Source of the DNA: a virus
Reading direction: 5' to 3' (one strand)
IMG/VR virus record: IMGVR_UViG_3300027861_000001
Coordinates: 32,001 to 96,000 of that record
Length of the DNA: 64,000 bases
This document shows positions 40,716 through 49,308 of this stretch, in pieces (position 1 is the stretch's first letter; each line of letters begins with the position of its first letter). The notes below the pieces were generated by a model. That model saw only the letters and a program-made list of their open reading frames with translations, made no database searches and was not told the DNA's origin. A program made the position numbers and the translations under genes.

Positions 40716-41429
40716 TTAACTCCCCCATCGACTTTGAGACTCCACCAAAATTCTTCCTTCTATGATAAAATCTTCCAAGTCATTTTCCACTAACCATTCC
40801 TTAATCCGAAGCATTCTTTGTTTTCTGTCAGTTTCTTCAACAAGAATAGCATCCCCCGAATCAACGTGTTTCTTTCCAAGTGCCAAGAACTCGTCCCTAA
40901 CTGTGCTTAAATAGTTAAAGTTCATCTCACACCACTTAGCTTTCTCCCCTTTGTCCCATCTCTCTTTTATTCTCTCGATATTCCAATCAAGTGGTGGTAA
41001 AAGAATGACAAACTTCTTTGGTTGTGGAGTATTTGATTTCTTATAAAGGTCTTTTGTCATCTTTACGATATTCTTATACTCTTTCTTTGATAACCAACCT
41101 AACTTTTCAAACGCTGACATATAAACAAGGTCATCAAAGCAACATCTGTCTCCAATAACGACAGAACTATCCGATTGAGTTTGAACGTATGCTAGATTTT
41201 CTCTATGTTCAACGCAATGAAGACCCATTCTCCATACCTGCCTAGTTACTTCATCATCTATGCTTTCCATATGAGCAATTTGCTCATTTACTTTGTGTGG
41301 GTCATATGCTTTCAAATCCTCAATTAGTGTAGACTTCCCAACACCATGAGGGCCACACAAATACAAAACCCTGTTGTTATCTTCAGTATTAAATATGTAC
41401 GGGTCTGGTGGAAACATTACCGGTGTCAT
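40716..41429 (-). CDS. deoxynucleoside monophosphate kinase-like P-loop protein
   Basis: GPHGVGKST, VVIGDR. Confidence 0.7.
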   Translation of the reverse strand: MTPVMFPPDPYIFNTEDNNRVLYLCGPHGVGKSTLIEDLKAYDPHKVNEQIAHMESIDDEVTRQVWRMGLHCVEHRENLAYVQTQSDSSVVIGDRCCFDDLVYMSAFEKLGWLSKKEYKNIVKMTKDLYKKSNTPQPKKFVILLPPLDWNIERIKERWDKGEKAKWCEMNFNYLSTVRDEFLALGKKHVDSGDAILVEETDRKQRMLRIKEWLVENDLEDFIIEGRILVESQSRWGS

Positions 41430-41746
41430 ATGAACTTCCTCACTTTGTTAAAGTTTATTTGCACTTTCTTGTTTCGGCTTGTATCCTCCCTGATACTCAC
41501 CTTAATAGTTGGTGTTAAGTAATTCGCAACTATTTCTGCACTTAAGTTATTACCGTTTTTCAAATTTAAATCTTTGAGATTTATAACCAGTGCTTCATCG
41601 CTAGTAAAACATTCGTAACGATGAGTACAATCGCTACAAACTTCTTCAGCATTTTTAGCTCCATGACAGTAAAATTCTTTTCTCCAGTTGTCAGTACGAC
41701 TAGTGTCTTTTACGAGGATTGTTTTCAATTTCTCCCTTCCTTTCAT
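41426..41746 (-). CDS. small protein with internal tag
   Basis: CSDCTHRYECFTS. Confidence 0.7.
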   Translation of the reverse strand: MKGREKLKTILVKDTSRTDNWRKEFYCHGAKNAEEVCSDCTHRYECFTSDEALVINLKDLNLKNGNNLSAEIVANYLTPTIKVSIREDTSRNKKVQINFNKVRKFI

Positions 41747-41984
41747 GACAATCTAATATTGTACCTGTATAACATGTAAAACGATTAGGACACACTTCAC
41801 AACTTTCTATTCTAAGTAAACTTTCAGAAGGATAAGTTAGAGTAGTGCGATATGAGTTTAAAGGATAAACATAATAATTGTTATAATTTTTTTCTCCGAT
41901 TATAAGCCCCATATCCCCAGCGTGTGAGCTTTGATACCCATGTGTATCTATAATCATTACTACATCATTCTTTTTTAATTCCAT
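41700..41984 (-). CDS. SH3-like protein with tag
   Basis: LKKNDVVMII N-terminus; CEVCPNRFTCYTG. Confidence 0.7.
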   Translation of the reverse strand: MELKKNDVVMIIDTHGYQSSHAGDMGLIIGEKNYNNYYVYPLNSYRTTLTYPSESLLRIESCEVCPNRFTCYTGTILDCHERKGEIENNPRKRH

Positions 41985-41991
41985 CTCTACG

Positions 41992-42067
41992 CGCCCCTGG
42001 AGGGACTCGAACCCCCGACGGTCTGCTTAGAAGGCAGATGCTCTGAATCCAACTGAGCTACAGGAGC
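41992..42067 (-). tRNA. tRNA-Arg(TCT)
   Basis: TCTGC-CTTCTAA-GCAGA. Confidence 0.92.
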
Positions 42068-42099
42068 ACAATGCAGACTAAGTGGGCAGAAAAGTTAAC

Positions 42100-42231
42100 T
42101 TAGCAGTTACCCTTTCCTCCACCTTTTCTAGGCCCAATTCCAGGGCCGCTTCTGTTTCCTCCTCCTCTTCCTCTTCCATCTCTCGGACCTCTTGAACCTT
42201 TCGTAGGCCCTGTTCCATCTCTTCCTGGCAT
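42100..42231 (-). CDS. Gly/Arg-rich DUF5320-like small protein
   Basis: MPGRDGTGP start after AGGAGG. Confidence 0.65.
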   Translation of the reverse strand: MPGRDGTGPTKGSRGPRDGRGRGGGNRSGPGIGPRKGGGKGNC

Positions 42232-42502
42232 CTTAGTTCCTCCTGTAAAAAATAGATAATGGATAATTCCAATATCTTTCAACACAAATTAATCTACACT
42301 TGGTTATTACTGTCTACTAACATTTGTATACAATATCTACATAAAACTAAGACAGGTAATTTATCATTTGTATAATTATAATATTTTATCGCGTGTACAT
42401 AACACACGTCTTTTCCGCACACCATGCAAATTTCTTTCCCTTCAAACTGATCATCCTCACAATCATCACAAATCACTTTTTCTTTTGTAATAAACTTCTT
42501 CA

Positions 42503-42754
42503 TTAAACCCCTGATGTTATGCACTTAAACCTGTGTTCGCAAAAACCGCATTTAGGATATGTACCAGCTGGTTGTTTGTATCTTTCTCTATGAATAACAC
42601 ACAAGATTCGCATCTTATTACGACAATTAGTACAATGCACTAATACTGCGTAACCGCTGGTATCTCTACAAAACCTATTTCTAGTAATTATGTTGCAATT
42701 TAAACATTGAAACAACGCACTATCATACGACCAATTAAATTCGTTATATTTCAT
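42503..42754 (-). CDS. Cys-rich protein with tag variant
   Basis: CGFCEHRFKCITS. Confidence 0.7.
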   Translation of the reverse strand: MKYNEFNWSYDSALFQCLNCNIITRNRFCRDTSGYAVLVHCTNCRNKMRILCVIHRERYKQPAGTYPKCGFCEHRFKCITSGV

Positions 42755-42765
42755 TTAAACTTTTG

Positions 42766-42850
42766 CGGAAGCAACAGGATTCGAACCTGTGAGGCTTTTA
42801 CACCTAGTTAGTTAGCAACCAACCTCCTTAAACCACTCGGACATACTTCC
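42766..42850 (-). tRNA. tRNA-Ser(GCT)
   Basis: GTTGG-TTGCTAA-CTAAC; long variable arm. Confidence 0.88.
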
Positions 42851-42854
42851 AATG

Positions 42855-42926
42855 TGGAGCAGGAGAGATTTGAACTCTCTTTTCCAGTGTGCAAGACTGG
42901 TGTTTTCCCAAGTAAACTACAACCCC
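42855..42926 (-). tRNA. tRNA-Ala(TGC)
   Basis: CCAGT-CTTGCAC-ACTGG; G3:U70. Confidence 0.88.
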
Positions 42927-42929
42927 TAA

Positions 42930-43277
42930 TTACACCTTTAACAAACTAAAAAACGGTATTATAATAGCGTTTGGTAAAGCTGCCTTCATATTATTTACTC
43001 CTGCTGGATTCATACTGTGCAAAAATATTGCTGGTGGTTGTTTGTTAGGATGTCGTTCCAACCACTTTGCTACTTCGTAACCTGACTTTTCATCTGATGG
43101 ACAAAACGCTTCACCACCAAGGTCATGATCTAACCATAAACTGTCCCACACTCCCTCGGTAAGTTTAAGGATACAATCATCCACCGTTTCCACACAAACT
43201 ATTTTTTCTTCGCTGAACTTTCTTTTAAAGTAAGTGTGCCTAGTTGTATCATCATCTAAAACAAGAATTCTTTCCAT
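42930..43277 (-). CDS. cyclic-phosphate-processing receiver-like domain protein
   Basis: ILVLDDD, LDHDLG, SGYEVAKWL, HSMNPAG. Confidence 0.8.
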   Translation of the reverse strand: MERILVLDDDTTRHTYFKRKFSEEKIVCVETVDDCILKLTEGVWDSLWLDHDLGGEAFCPSDEKSGYEVAKWLERHPNKQPPAIFLHSMNPAGVNNMKAALPNAIIIPFFSLLKV

Positions 43278-43288
43278 GATTACCTCTG

Positions 43289-43360
43289 TAGGAACGGTAG
43301 GAATCGAACCTACAACTTCCGGTATGTAACACCGAAGCTCTACCACTGAGCTACCGAGGC
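43289..43360 (-). pseudogene. tRNA-Val(TAC) with unpaired acceptor stem
   Basis: D, anticodon and T arms are intact; 5' GCCTCGG does not pair with 3' CGTTCCT. Confidence 0.7.
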
Positions 43361-43560
43361 TTATCTTTCTTTAGTATTTCTAAATCTTCTGGTCTACAAG
43401 CTGCTGAAGTATCACCATTTCCAAAGTTAACAAATACATACCAGTCATTCTTACTAGTTACTACTCCATGTTCAACATCTTTGAATGAACTTGCATGCTG
43501 TGGAATATACATAACCCTATCTCCAGCATCAAAACCTTCTGTTTCCATAATATCATCCTC

Positions 43561-43635
43561 TGGCACCTACGGTTGGATTCGAACCAACATGTCACCGGTT
43601 AACAGCCGGACGCTTTACCCATTAGCTACATAGGT
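43561..43635 (-). tRNA. tRNA-Asn(GTT), CCA encoded
   Basis: CCGG-CTGTTAA-CCGG. Confidence 0.88.
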
Positions 43636-43662
43636 ATTATCCACTAGACCCCTCCACTATAT

Positions 43663-43691
43663 ATAATATCATACGCCTAGCATTTTGTCAA
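43663..43691 (-). promoter_or_regulatory. sigma70-type promoter with GGCGTATG box
   Basis: TTGACA-17 nt-TATTAT on the - strand. Confidence 0.8.
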
Positions 43692-43722
43692 GCACTTTTC
43701 ATCGTCAATTTTTAGTGCCTAT

Positions 43723-43797
43723 TGGGGTGAAATAGCGGAATCGAACCGCTGCCTCCTGGGCCACAACCAAACGTTCTACCATTAAACTAATAACACC
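43723..43797 (-). tRNA. tRNA-His(GTG), G-1/C73, CCA encoded
   Basis: Loop TTGTGGC; two U-U mismatches in the acceptor stem. Confidence 0.8.
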
Positions 43798-43802
43798 ACG
43801 AC

Positions 43803-43848
43803 AAAAAAGGCTAGTACTTTGTTTGAACCTCAGTGACAAAGACTAGCC
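43803..43848 (-). terminator. possible intrinsic terminator or processing hairpin
   Basis: GGCTAG..CTTTGT / ACAAAG..CTAGCC followed by a T-run on the - strand. Confidence 0.5.
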
Positions 43849-44507
43849 GTTTTAACTACTCATAACTGTTTGTCACTACTCTTCTTCTTGTTTCTCAACC
43901 TCTCGCATTTTAAACGTATCTTCCCAGCTAGGTCTCTTGTTTGGAGCAAATGGTCTTTTGAGAGGTTTTCCCCATTGATCTACTTGAGGTCTACTGTCCG
44001 GTTTCTTTTCTTCAATCTGTTTCTCTTCAGGGGTTTCTTCCACCATTACTTAACCTCCAAAAACTTGCTAGTAAGGTCTTCTTTGGTATACATATTACTT
44101 ATGCTTATATTCTTTAAGAGGGCACCATGTTCTTCTAAGAACTTACTAACTCCGTGCTCTGTGTTAAGATGTTGTTTTATGCTTGTTCCACTTCTTCTGT
44201 TCCAAGTACCATCAGGATTAAGAACCAACCCCCACTCTGCATTAATTTCAAACATTATAACCCCCTATAAACATCCCCATGAAGGAGCTTTTTCCTGTCT
44301 TCATAAGGTGCTGCCTTTCTTCTATAATACTCATTTTCCACACAATTAATAACCCCTACAACACGATTAATAGTAAAATAATTAATGTCATCATAAGTTA
44401 ATTCTAGTAATCTTGTAATAGTATAATTCAAAGCTCCATCAACTTTCCCATCGTCAAACGTCTTTAATTGCTTAACCAGTTCATCGATTTGATCATCAAT
44501 CTCTGCC

Positions 44508-44750
44508 CTATCTTCTCGCTTTATATACGGCATCCTTATTCTCCTTTTTCCTCTGCTTCAACCTTTTTTGGTATATCTTTCTTCTACGTTTAATTGACGG
44601 TTTCTCGTAAAACTCTCTTACTTTTAATTCTCGTAGTATACCAGAATTATGCACAGCACGATTAAACCTACTCAACATAGAATCGAACCCAGTCATCCTG
44701 CATTCAGCTTCTCTTCTTCTTTCTGTATCAGTCAATTTTACTTCCGTCAT
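44508..44750 (-). CDS. rpsU: ribosomal protein bS21
   Basis: [37 protein letters not shown]. Confidence 0.9.
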   Translation of the reverse strand: MTEVKLTDTERRREAECRMTGFDSMLSRFNRAVHNSGILRELKVREFYEKPSIKRRRKIYQKRLKQRKKENKDAVYKARR

Positions 44751-45135
44751 CTTCTACTGTTATTAATTTCCACTCGAAATTGCCAGCTTTAATTGCCTTC
44801 TTAATGCTGTTCTGACGAGCAGTCGTCTTACTCTTTCCTTTCTTTATTTCAACAATTACCACTCTTTCAACTCTATTTTTAGACAACCCATCAAATACCA
44901 CAAAGTCAATCGGACTACCTAAGAACCTAGCGTCGCTAGGGTCAAACTCCCAACCAGGAAGATGTGGTACTAATTGTTCATAAACCTTACCTTCAATGGT
45001 GGCTCTACTCCTCTTAATTGCGTCCTGTCTAGCAAACTCTACTTTATCTTTCCAACGATGTTCTCTAACCAGTAGTAACACTAGCAAAAATAAAATTACG
45101 CAAACTCCAACTATCCCAAACATTAATTCAATCAT
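44728..45135 (-). CDS. Holliday-junction-resolvase-like endonuclease with N-terminal TM segment
   Basis: [30 protein letters not shown]. Confidence 0.82.
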   Translation of the reverse strand: MIELMFGIVGVCVILFLLVLLLVREHRWKDKVEFARQDAIKRSRATIEGKVYEQLVPHLPGWEFDPSDARFLGSPIDFVVFDGLSKNRVERVVIVEIKKGKSKTTARQNSIKKAIKAGNFEWKLITVEDDGSKID

Positions 45136-46085
45136 TACTTGTTTTTTAACCTCTCTATCCTAGGAAGAAACCAGCGTGTTTCCCAATAGTTGGTTAATTC
45201 ACCAAAAGACTTAGAAGGTAAAGGAAGTAATGTATTATCCTTTTCGCATAAAAACTCTTGATAGTTATAAGATAGGGGGATTACATACACCCCACGCAAG
45301 TTTTCCATCCTCTGTGCCTTTGCATGTTTACCAAGTTTCTGAAATGTCTTTACAACTCCGTACCTATCTTTTACTGTACCGTCCTCGTTGTAATAAATTT
45401 CAGAATGTTTACCATGTGTCTTCTTATATTCTTCTCTAACCTTATCCTTCACACTTAGTGGGACAAGTACGGAAGAATAACCCTTTGTCGTGCCTAAGTA
45501 TTTAAACCCTTCTAATCTGTTATAAATACTCGACTTCCCGTACAAAGAAGTTACTGTATATAGTGCTAACTTGTGACCATACTTTTTCTCAAAATAAACC
45601 TGTACTTCTTCACTTTTTACAGACAACGCTGCAAGTTTACCGGTTAAATAGTTATTTAGTGGTGGAGTAGCAATACAATGTTGAACGTTCATTAGATAGT
45701 TTATTTTTTTATGCGTCCATTTATTCTCTTTCGTCCACCCTATATGTTTATCTCTAATCGGTATTGTCAAATCAGAAGAAAGACCTACGATTCCTAATAC
45801 AAATCCAGTTTCCTTATCCCTTATTAGGTAGTGAAATCTTCTTCCTACTTCTCCGCTAAGTGGGGCTGTTGACGTTATAACCCTTCCGTACCACCACAAA
45901 TCTTGTAGGTTTCCTGTATCACAAAAATCTATATAAGGTTGTATAGAACCTAAAGCAGGTACATTCATCTGCACTGTTTCCCAAACAGGTTTAATCTTTT
46001 GTAATCTGTCACTGTGTTTTACTAAATACTCTTCTTTGACTTCAGTTAATTTCTCTTTCAACTCATCTTTAGTAAATTCACTCAT
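45135..46085 (-). CDS. DUF4338/Druantia DruA-like protein
   Basis: GRRFHYLIRD..LGIVGLSS..RDKHIGW..GKLAAL..TSLYGKSSIYNRL..GTTKG. Confidence 0.7.
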   Translation of the reverse strand: MSEFTKDELKEKLTEVKEEYLVKHSDRLQKIKPVWETVQMNVPALGSIQPYIDFCDTGNLQDLWWYGRVITSTAPLSGEVGRRFHYLIRDKETGFVLGIVGLSSDLTIPIRDKHIGWTKENKWTHKKINYLMNVQHCIATPPLNNYLTGKLAALSVKSEEVQVYFEKKYGHKLALYTVTSLYGKSSIYNRLEGFKYLGTTKGYSSVLVPLSVKDKVREEYKKTHGKHSEIYYNEDGTVKDRYGVVKTFQKLGKHAKAQRMENLRGVYVIPLSYNYQEFLCEKDNTLLPLPSKSFGELTNYWETRWFLPRIERLKNK

Positions 46086-46323
46086 TCTTTTCTAAATCAC
46101 TAGCATATCCAACTTTTATATCCGGTTTCCTTTTTCTCCCAGTAATTCCTCTCTCCTCAGTAATATAAAATCCCGCACCTTTGTAGTGGCTGTGCCACAT
46201 AGATACAGTCTTATCTGCTTCACGTCCACATTTAGGACATTTATAAGTAGGTTTAGGTTCAAATTCCTTCTGACGGACTTCAAACTTACTTCCACAAGTA
46301 CAACGATACTCGTATATCGGCAT
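46078..46323 (-). CDS. FmdB-family Zn-ribbon protein
   Basis: MPIYEYRCTCG..CPKCG..KGAGFY. Confidence 0.85.
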   Translation of the reverse strand: MPIYEYRCTCGSKFEVRQKEFEPKPTYKCPKCGREADKTVSMWHSHYKGAGFYITEERGITGRKRKPDIKVGYASDLEKNE

Positions 46324-46597
46324 AATTATGTTCCTTCGGATAAACAACGTCCACTAAACAGCTCGCTCACGTCGTAAATTGGTATTGTGTCCTTAAACTC
46401 TACACCGTCATCCAGTATTACATTATATATTTCCCAATAAATAGGGTCTACTGAAACGTCTGTAGTATCAATCCAGTTTGTTTCTTTTAGATTCTCTGAA
46501 CCACAAAATGGACACGAACTTGTACTTGTTTTTATTACGGACACTAAATGCCCTCTTTCACAAAACTTAGCTATCATTTGTCACATCCTTTCTTTTG

Positions 46598-46672
46598 TAG
46601 TAGGAAGTGGACTCGAACCACTGAATCACGAGCTTATCAGACCCGTCGCTTAACCAACTTGCGTATCCTACA
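46598..46672 (-). tRNA. tRNA-Ile(GAT)
   Basis: Loop CTGATAA; 1:72 mismatch. Confidence 0.8.
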
Positions 46673-47240
46673 TCGATATTACACTACCCCACTGCTCTGC
46701 CATACCTTTTGCTATCCCTAGGAACGTCTTACTTCTCATCTTCGCCCTTTCAGGAGATGGTGCCATCCTCCACACTCTTTGTTCTCTGCCATCAACTATG
46801 TTGGTAGGTTGTAATAGTGGAAGATTTTTTAACCACAAACATGTGGCTTTTGTTTCACCGTGACCAAACTGCCAAGGTTGTATAATTTGATTTGGTTTTC
46901 TCCACTTAGTAGACATAATACCGATAGGATTTTCTATAGCTACAAACTTACATTGCGAATTAGCAAAAGACATAAAAAAGTCTATAGCTTGTTGTTGACT
47001 CCCATCAACTTGTTTTTCTTTAAACCACCTTGCTCCACTAACCGCTAAATGAGTACATGGAGGAAAAGCTATTATCATTTCCCACTTATTGTCTAATAAT
47101 AAACCTACATCCTGTTGTAAATGCCACTCAGGATGTCCTCCAGAGCATGGTTCTAAATCACAAGAAAACGCTTCAAAACCTAATCTTCTAAATTCTATTG
47201 TTACAGCTTGACTTTCTTCACACGCTATTAAGATTGACAT
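46668..47240 (-). CDS. phage DNA cytosine methyltransferase-like protein
   Basis: ILIACEESQAV, AFPPCTHLAVSG, IENP. Confidence 0.75.
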   Translation of the reverse strand: MSILIACEESQAVTIEFRRLGFEAFSCDLEPCSGGHPEWHLQQDVGLLLDNKWEMIIAFPPCTHLAVSGARWFKEKQVDGSQQQAIDFFMSFANSQCKFVAIENPIGIMSTKWRKPNQIIQPWQFGHGETKATCLWLKNLPLLQPTNIVDGREQRVWRMAPSPERAKMRSKTFLGIAKGMAEQWGSVISM

Positions 47241-47242
47241 TG

Positions 47243-47314
47243 TAACGGGGGTGGGGATCGAACCCACGTGGTCAAGTTTATGAGACTTGATGAGTAACCA
47301 ACAACTTCCCCGCT
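47243..47314 (-). tRNA. tRNA-Met(CAT), initiator-like acceptor, atypical D arm
   Basis: AGCGGGG/CCCCGTT acceptor; CAAGT-CTCATAA-ACTTG. Confidence 0.7.
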
Positions 47315-47552
47315 TCACTTTAATTCATATAAAATTTAAATACGTCTGGTTTATAAAGTTCAGAGTTTGCTTCATTAAACACATCTTGTATATCAGCAGG
47401 TGTATAATTACTTCCTTCTTCTAGGTTAATAAGTACACACTCAGATTGAATTATTGGATGCCAAAAACCATTTATCAATCCAAATGGAACGTAGTGCAAC
47501 CTTGCCCACTCTACATAACTATCTTTTTCTTCTTCGTCTAGGTGTTTCCACA

Positions 47553-47894
47553 TCATTTCCACTCTGTTGTCCAACACTTATATCGTTCGTCACAATAATC
47601 ACACTTTTTTGTATTTTTAGTTCTTTTTCTACAATCAGAAAAAAACATATCATCTTCAACTGGAGCAGCTAGATCACTACCTATAAACATAATTTGCTCC
47701 ATAGACACTGTTGAAGGACAACCATTTGCACAGATAGAAAGCCCACTACCAGCACTAACGTTAATAGTAGTACCATTACCACGATTAGCTGAATAAAGAT
47801 AATCGTCTGTTTTCCGCATTCTATAACTTTCCTTGAGGTCCACTAAACTCTTTTTTCTTTCTACGTGTTTTAGGTTTTTCCATGTATCCATCAT
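47553..47894 (-). CDS. protein with near-terminal tag
   Basis: CDYCDERYKCWTTEWK*. Confidence 0.7.
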   Translation of the reverse strand: MMDTWKNLKHVERKKSLVDLKESYRMRKTDDYLYSANRGNGTTINVSAGSGLSICANGCPSTVSMEQIMFIGSDLAAPVEDDMFFSDCRKRTKNTKKCDYCDERYKCWTTEWK

Positions 47895-48088
47895 CCATTA
47901 ACCACTTACACTTGTTTTTGTTTATCTCTTGGCAGGGTTGATCGCAAGGTATTTCTACAAAATTTTTGTTAACTATTTTTCCTTCTGCGTTAATATTAGC
48001 TGTAGTACAATACCAAGCCCCATCTCTGTACTCGCAATACTCACATTTATTAGCAATTTGTCTCTGTTTCATAGCTCACCCTCTTTGT

Positions 48089-48382
48089 ATAGCTCGACAT
48101 GACAGCCAGTGGTGGTTGGTTTCCCAAGAGCAAGACACACCAGTTCTGGTTTTTTCCTTTTTCTTCACTCTTATTGTCGTAAAGCTTAAACTTGAAGGAA
48201 TATTTATTCACGCCCTTCAATCGTGTTAGTCGTACTGTTCTTTAGTCTTAAGTCTGTAAATCAAAGACGGATTTCAGTCCGTTACAGTCATAGAATAGAT
48301 ATAATTCTATTGTTGTACACACCATCACTTCGCAGATAGTACTCGGCTACTTGTTTTCCAGCGTTTACGTCACACAAGCTAT
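48089..48382 (-). ncRNA. candidate ~290-nt structured ncRNA
   Basis: 5' ATAGCTTGTGTGAC pairs with 3' GTCATGTCGAGCTAT; several internal hairpins; no credible ORF. Confidence 0.65.
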
Positions 48383-48391
48383 TTATTTTTT

Positions 48392-48904
48392 TTAGTCTAC
48401 AAGATCAGTTGTTGCGTTTATTACTTCTAAACGCATTTCAATCTCGTCTAGAAGATCAATCCACTCCTTCATTCCAGCATTTTTAACTTTCTCATCGTAG
48501 AGTCTTACTACTGTTGGTGTTTTACCTTCCGTAACTCTACTGGTAAAGTTTCTAAGTCTAATTTGTCCGGTGTTGTCGTTCAAGGCTTTATACGTATTAA
48601 TCATTGTTTTTGCCAAACTTCTTCGAAGAATAAGAAGATCAGCAATGGTGTAGGTATCTTTCCCTACTGTTACTTCTATCGTAAGGTTGGTTCTATCTAC
48701 CTGTTTCTTCAACTCACGATACTCCACACCCAAATCCATATTTGCTTGAACTAGTGCCATTATTTCCTTTTTCTGTGTGTCCTCTGATTCAAATAAAGGT
48801 CTCTCAGTTGATACCATTGAAGCGTAGTCCTCAATTCTTTTTCGGTTTGCTTCCATCCTTTTTTCTACGACCTTCAGTTGTTTCAATCCTTGAATGACTT
48901 TCAT
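48392..48904 (-). CDS. DIP1984/DUF6847-like coiled-coil protein
   Basis: MKVIQGLKQL..VDRTNLTIEV..TIADLLILR..LEVINATTDL. Confidence 0.6.
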   Translation of the reverse strand: MKVIQGLKQLKVVEKRMEANRKRIEDYASMVSTERPLFESEDTQKKEIMALVQANMDLGVEYRELKKQVDRTNLTIEVTVGKDTYTIADLLILRRSLAKTMINTYKALNDNTGQIRLRNFTSRVTEGKTPTVVRLYDEKVKNAGMKEWIDLLDEIEMRLEVINATTDLVD

Positions 48905-48932
48905 GTTATTCTCCTTCTTTTTAATCTTGATG

Positions 48933-49004
48933 AGCGTCTGACAGGACACGATCCCGTACCCCCAGTTTGGAAAACTAGTATGCTACCAATTACACCACAG
49001 ACGC
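48933..49004 (-). tRNA. tRNA-Gly(TCC)
   Basis: CTAGT-TTTCCAA-ACTGG; U73. Confidence 0.82.
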
Positions 49005-49037
49005 GTATTTAATTGTATGTTGTTCCCTTACTATTAA

Positions 49038-49066
49038 ATTGTATCATACGCCAAGAAATTTGTCAA
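49038..49066 (-). promoter_or_regulatory. sigma70-type promoter with GGCGTATG box (head of the tRNA block)
   Basis: TTGACA-17 nt-TACAAT. Confidence 0.8.
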
Positions 49067-49288
49067 GCCTTTGCCTAAATTAATCCAATACCTAGCTGTC
49101 TTTTTCTGCCAATTGTAGTGCTAATGTAGCCAACGCACCTACACAAGTACCGGCTATTGTATACAACCCCTCTCCACTATCTACTGTAGTCCCCAAATAA
49201 GCCGTCAGTATAGCTATAACAATCAGTCCGAAACAAATAACCAAAACCTGTGGTCGCAAAAGCCTCTTCTGCACTACAACCTCCCTTT

Positions 49289-49308
49289 AGTCTCAAAGTC
49301 TCACCCAT
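49289..49308. repeat. 20-bp direct repeat, copy 2
   Basis: AGTCTCAAAGTCTCACCCAT, identical to 25768-25787. Confidence 0.8.

Noticed and set aside
43862-44255. Possible +1 frameshift extending ORF 44046-44255
   Set aside because: An open alternative frame exists, but two tiny ORFs (MVKKPLKR.., MGKPLKR..) explain the region equally well and no stimulatory signal is seen.
1486-47577. Recurrent MLD N-termini in the ORF track (MLDRM, MLDRV, MLDYV, MLDEL, MLDSM, MLDKL, MLDKR, MLDNR) as a leader family
   Set aside because: Artefact of the upstream tag DNA TG[CT]TGGAC read in the next gene's frame; the real starts are the stop-overlapping ATGs.
48089-48382. ncRNA candidate as tmRNA or RNase P RNA
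   Set aside because: No GGGG 5' end, TΨC/ACCA 3' end or tag ORF, and no RNase P conserved P4 motifs were recognised.
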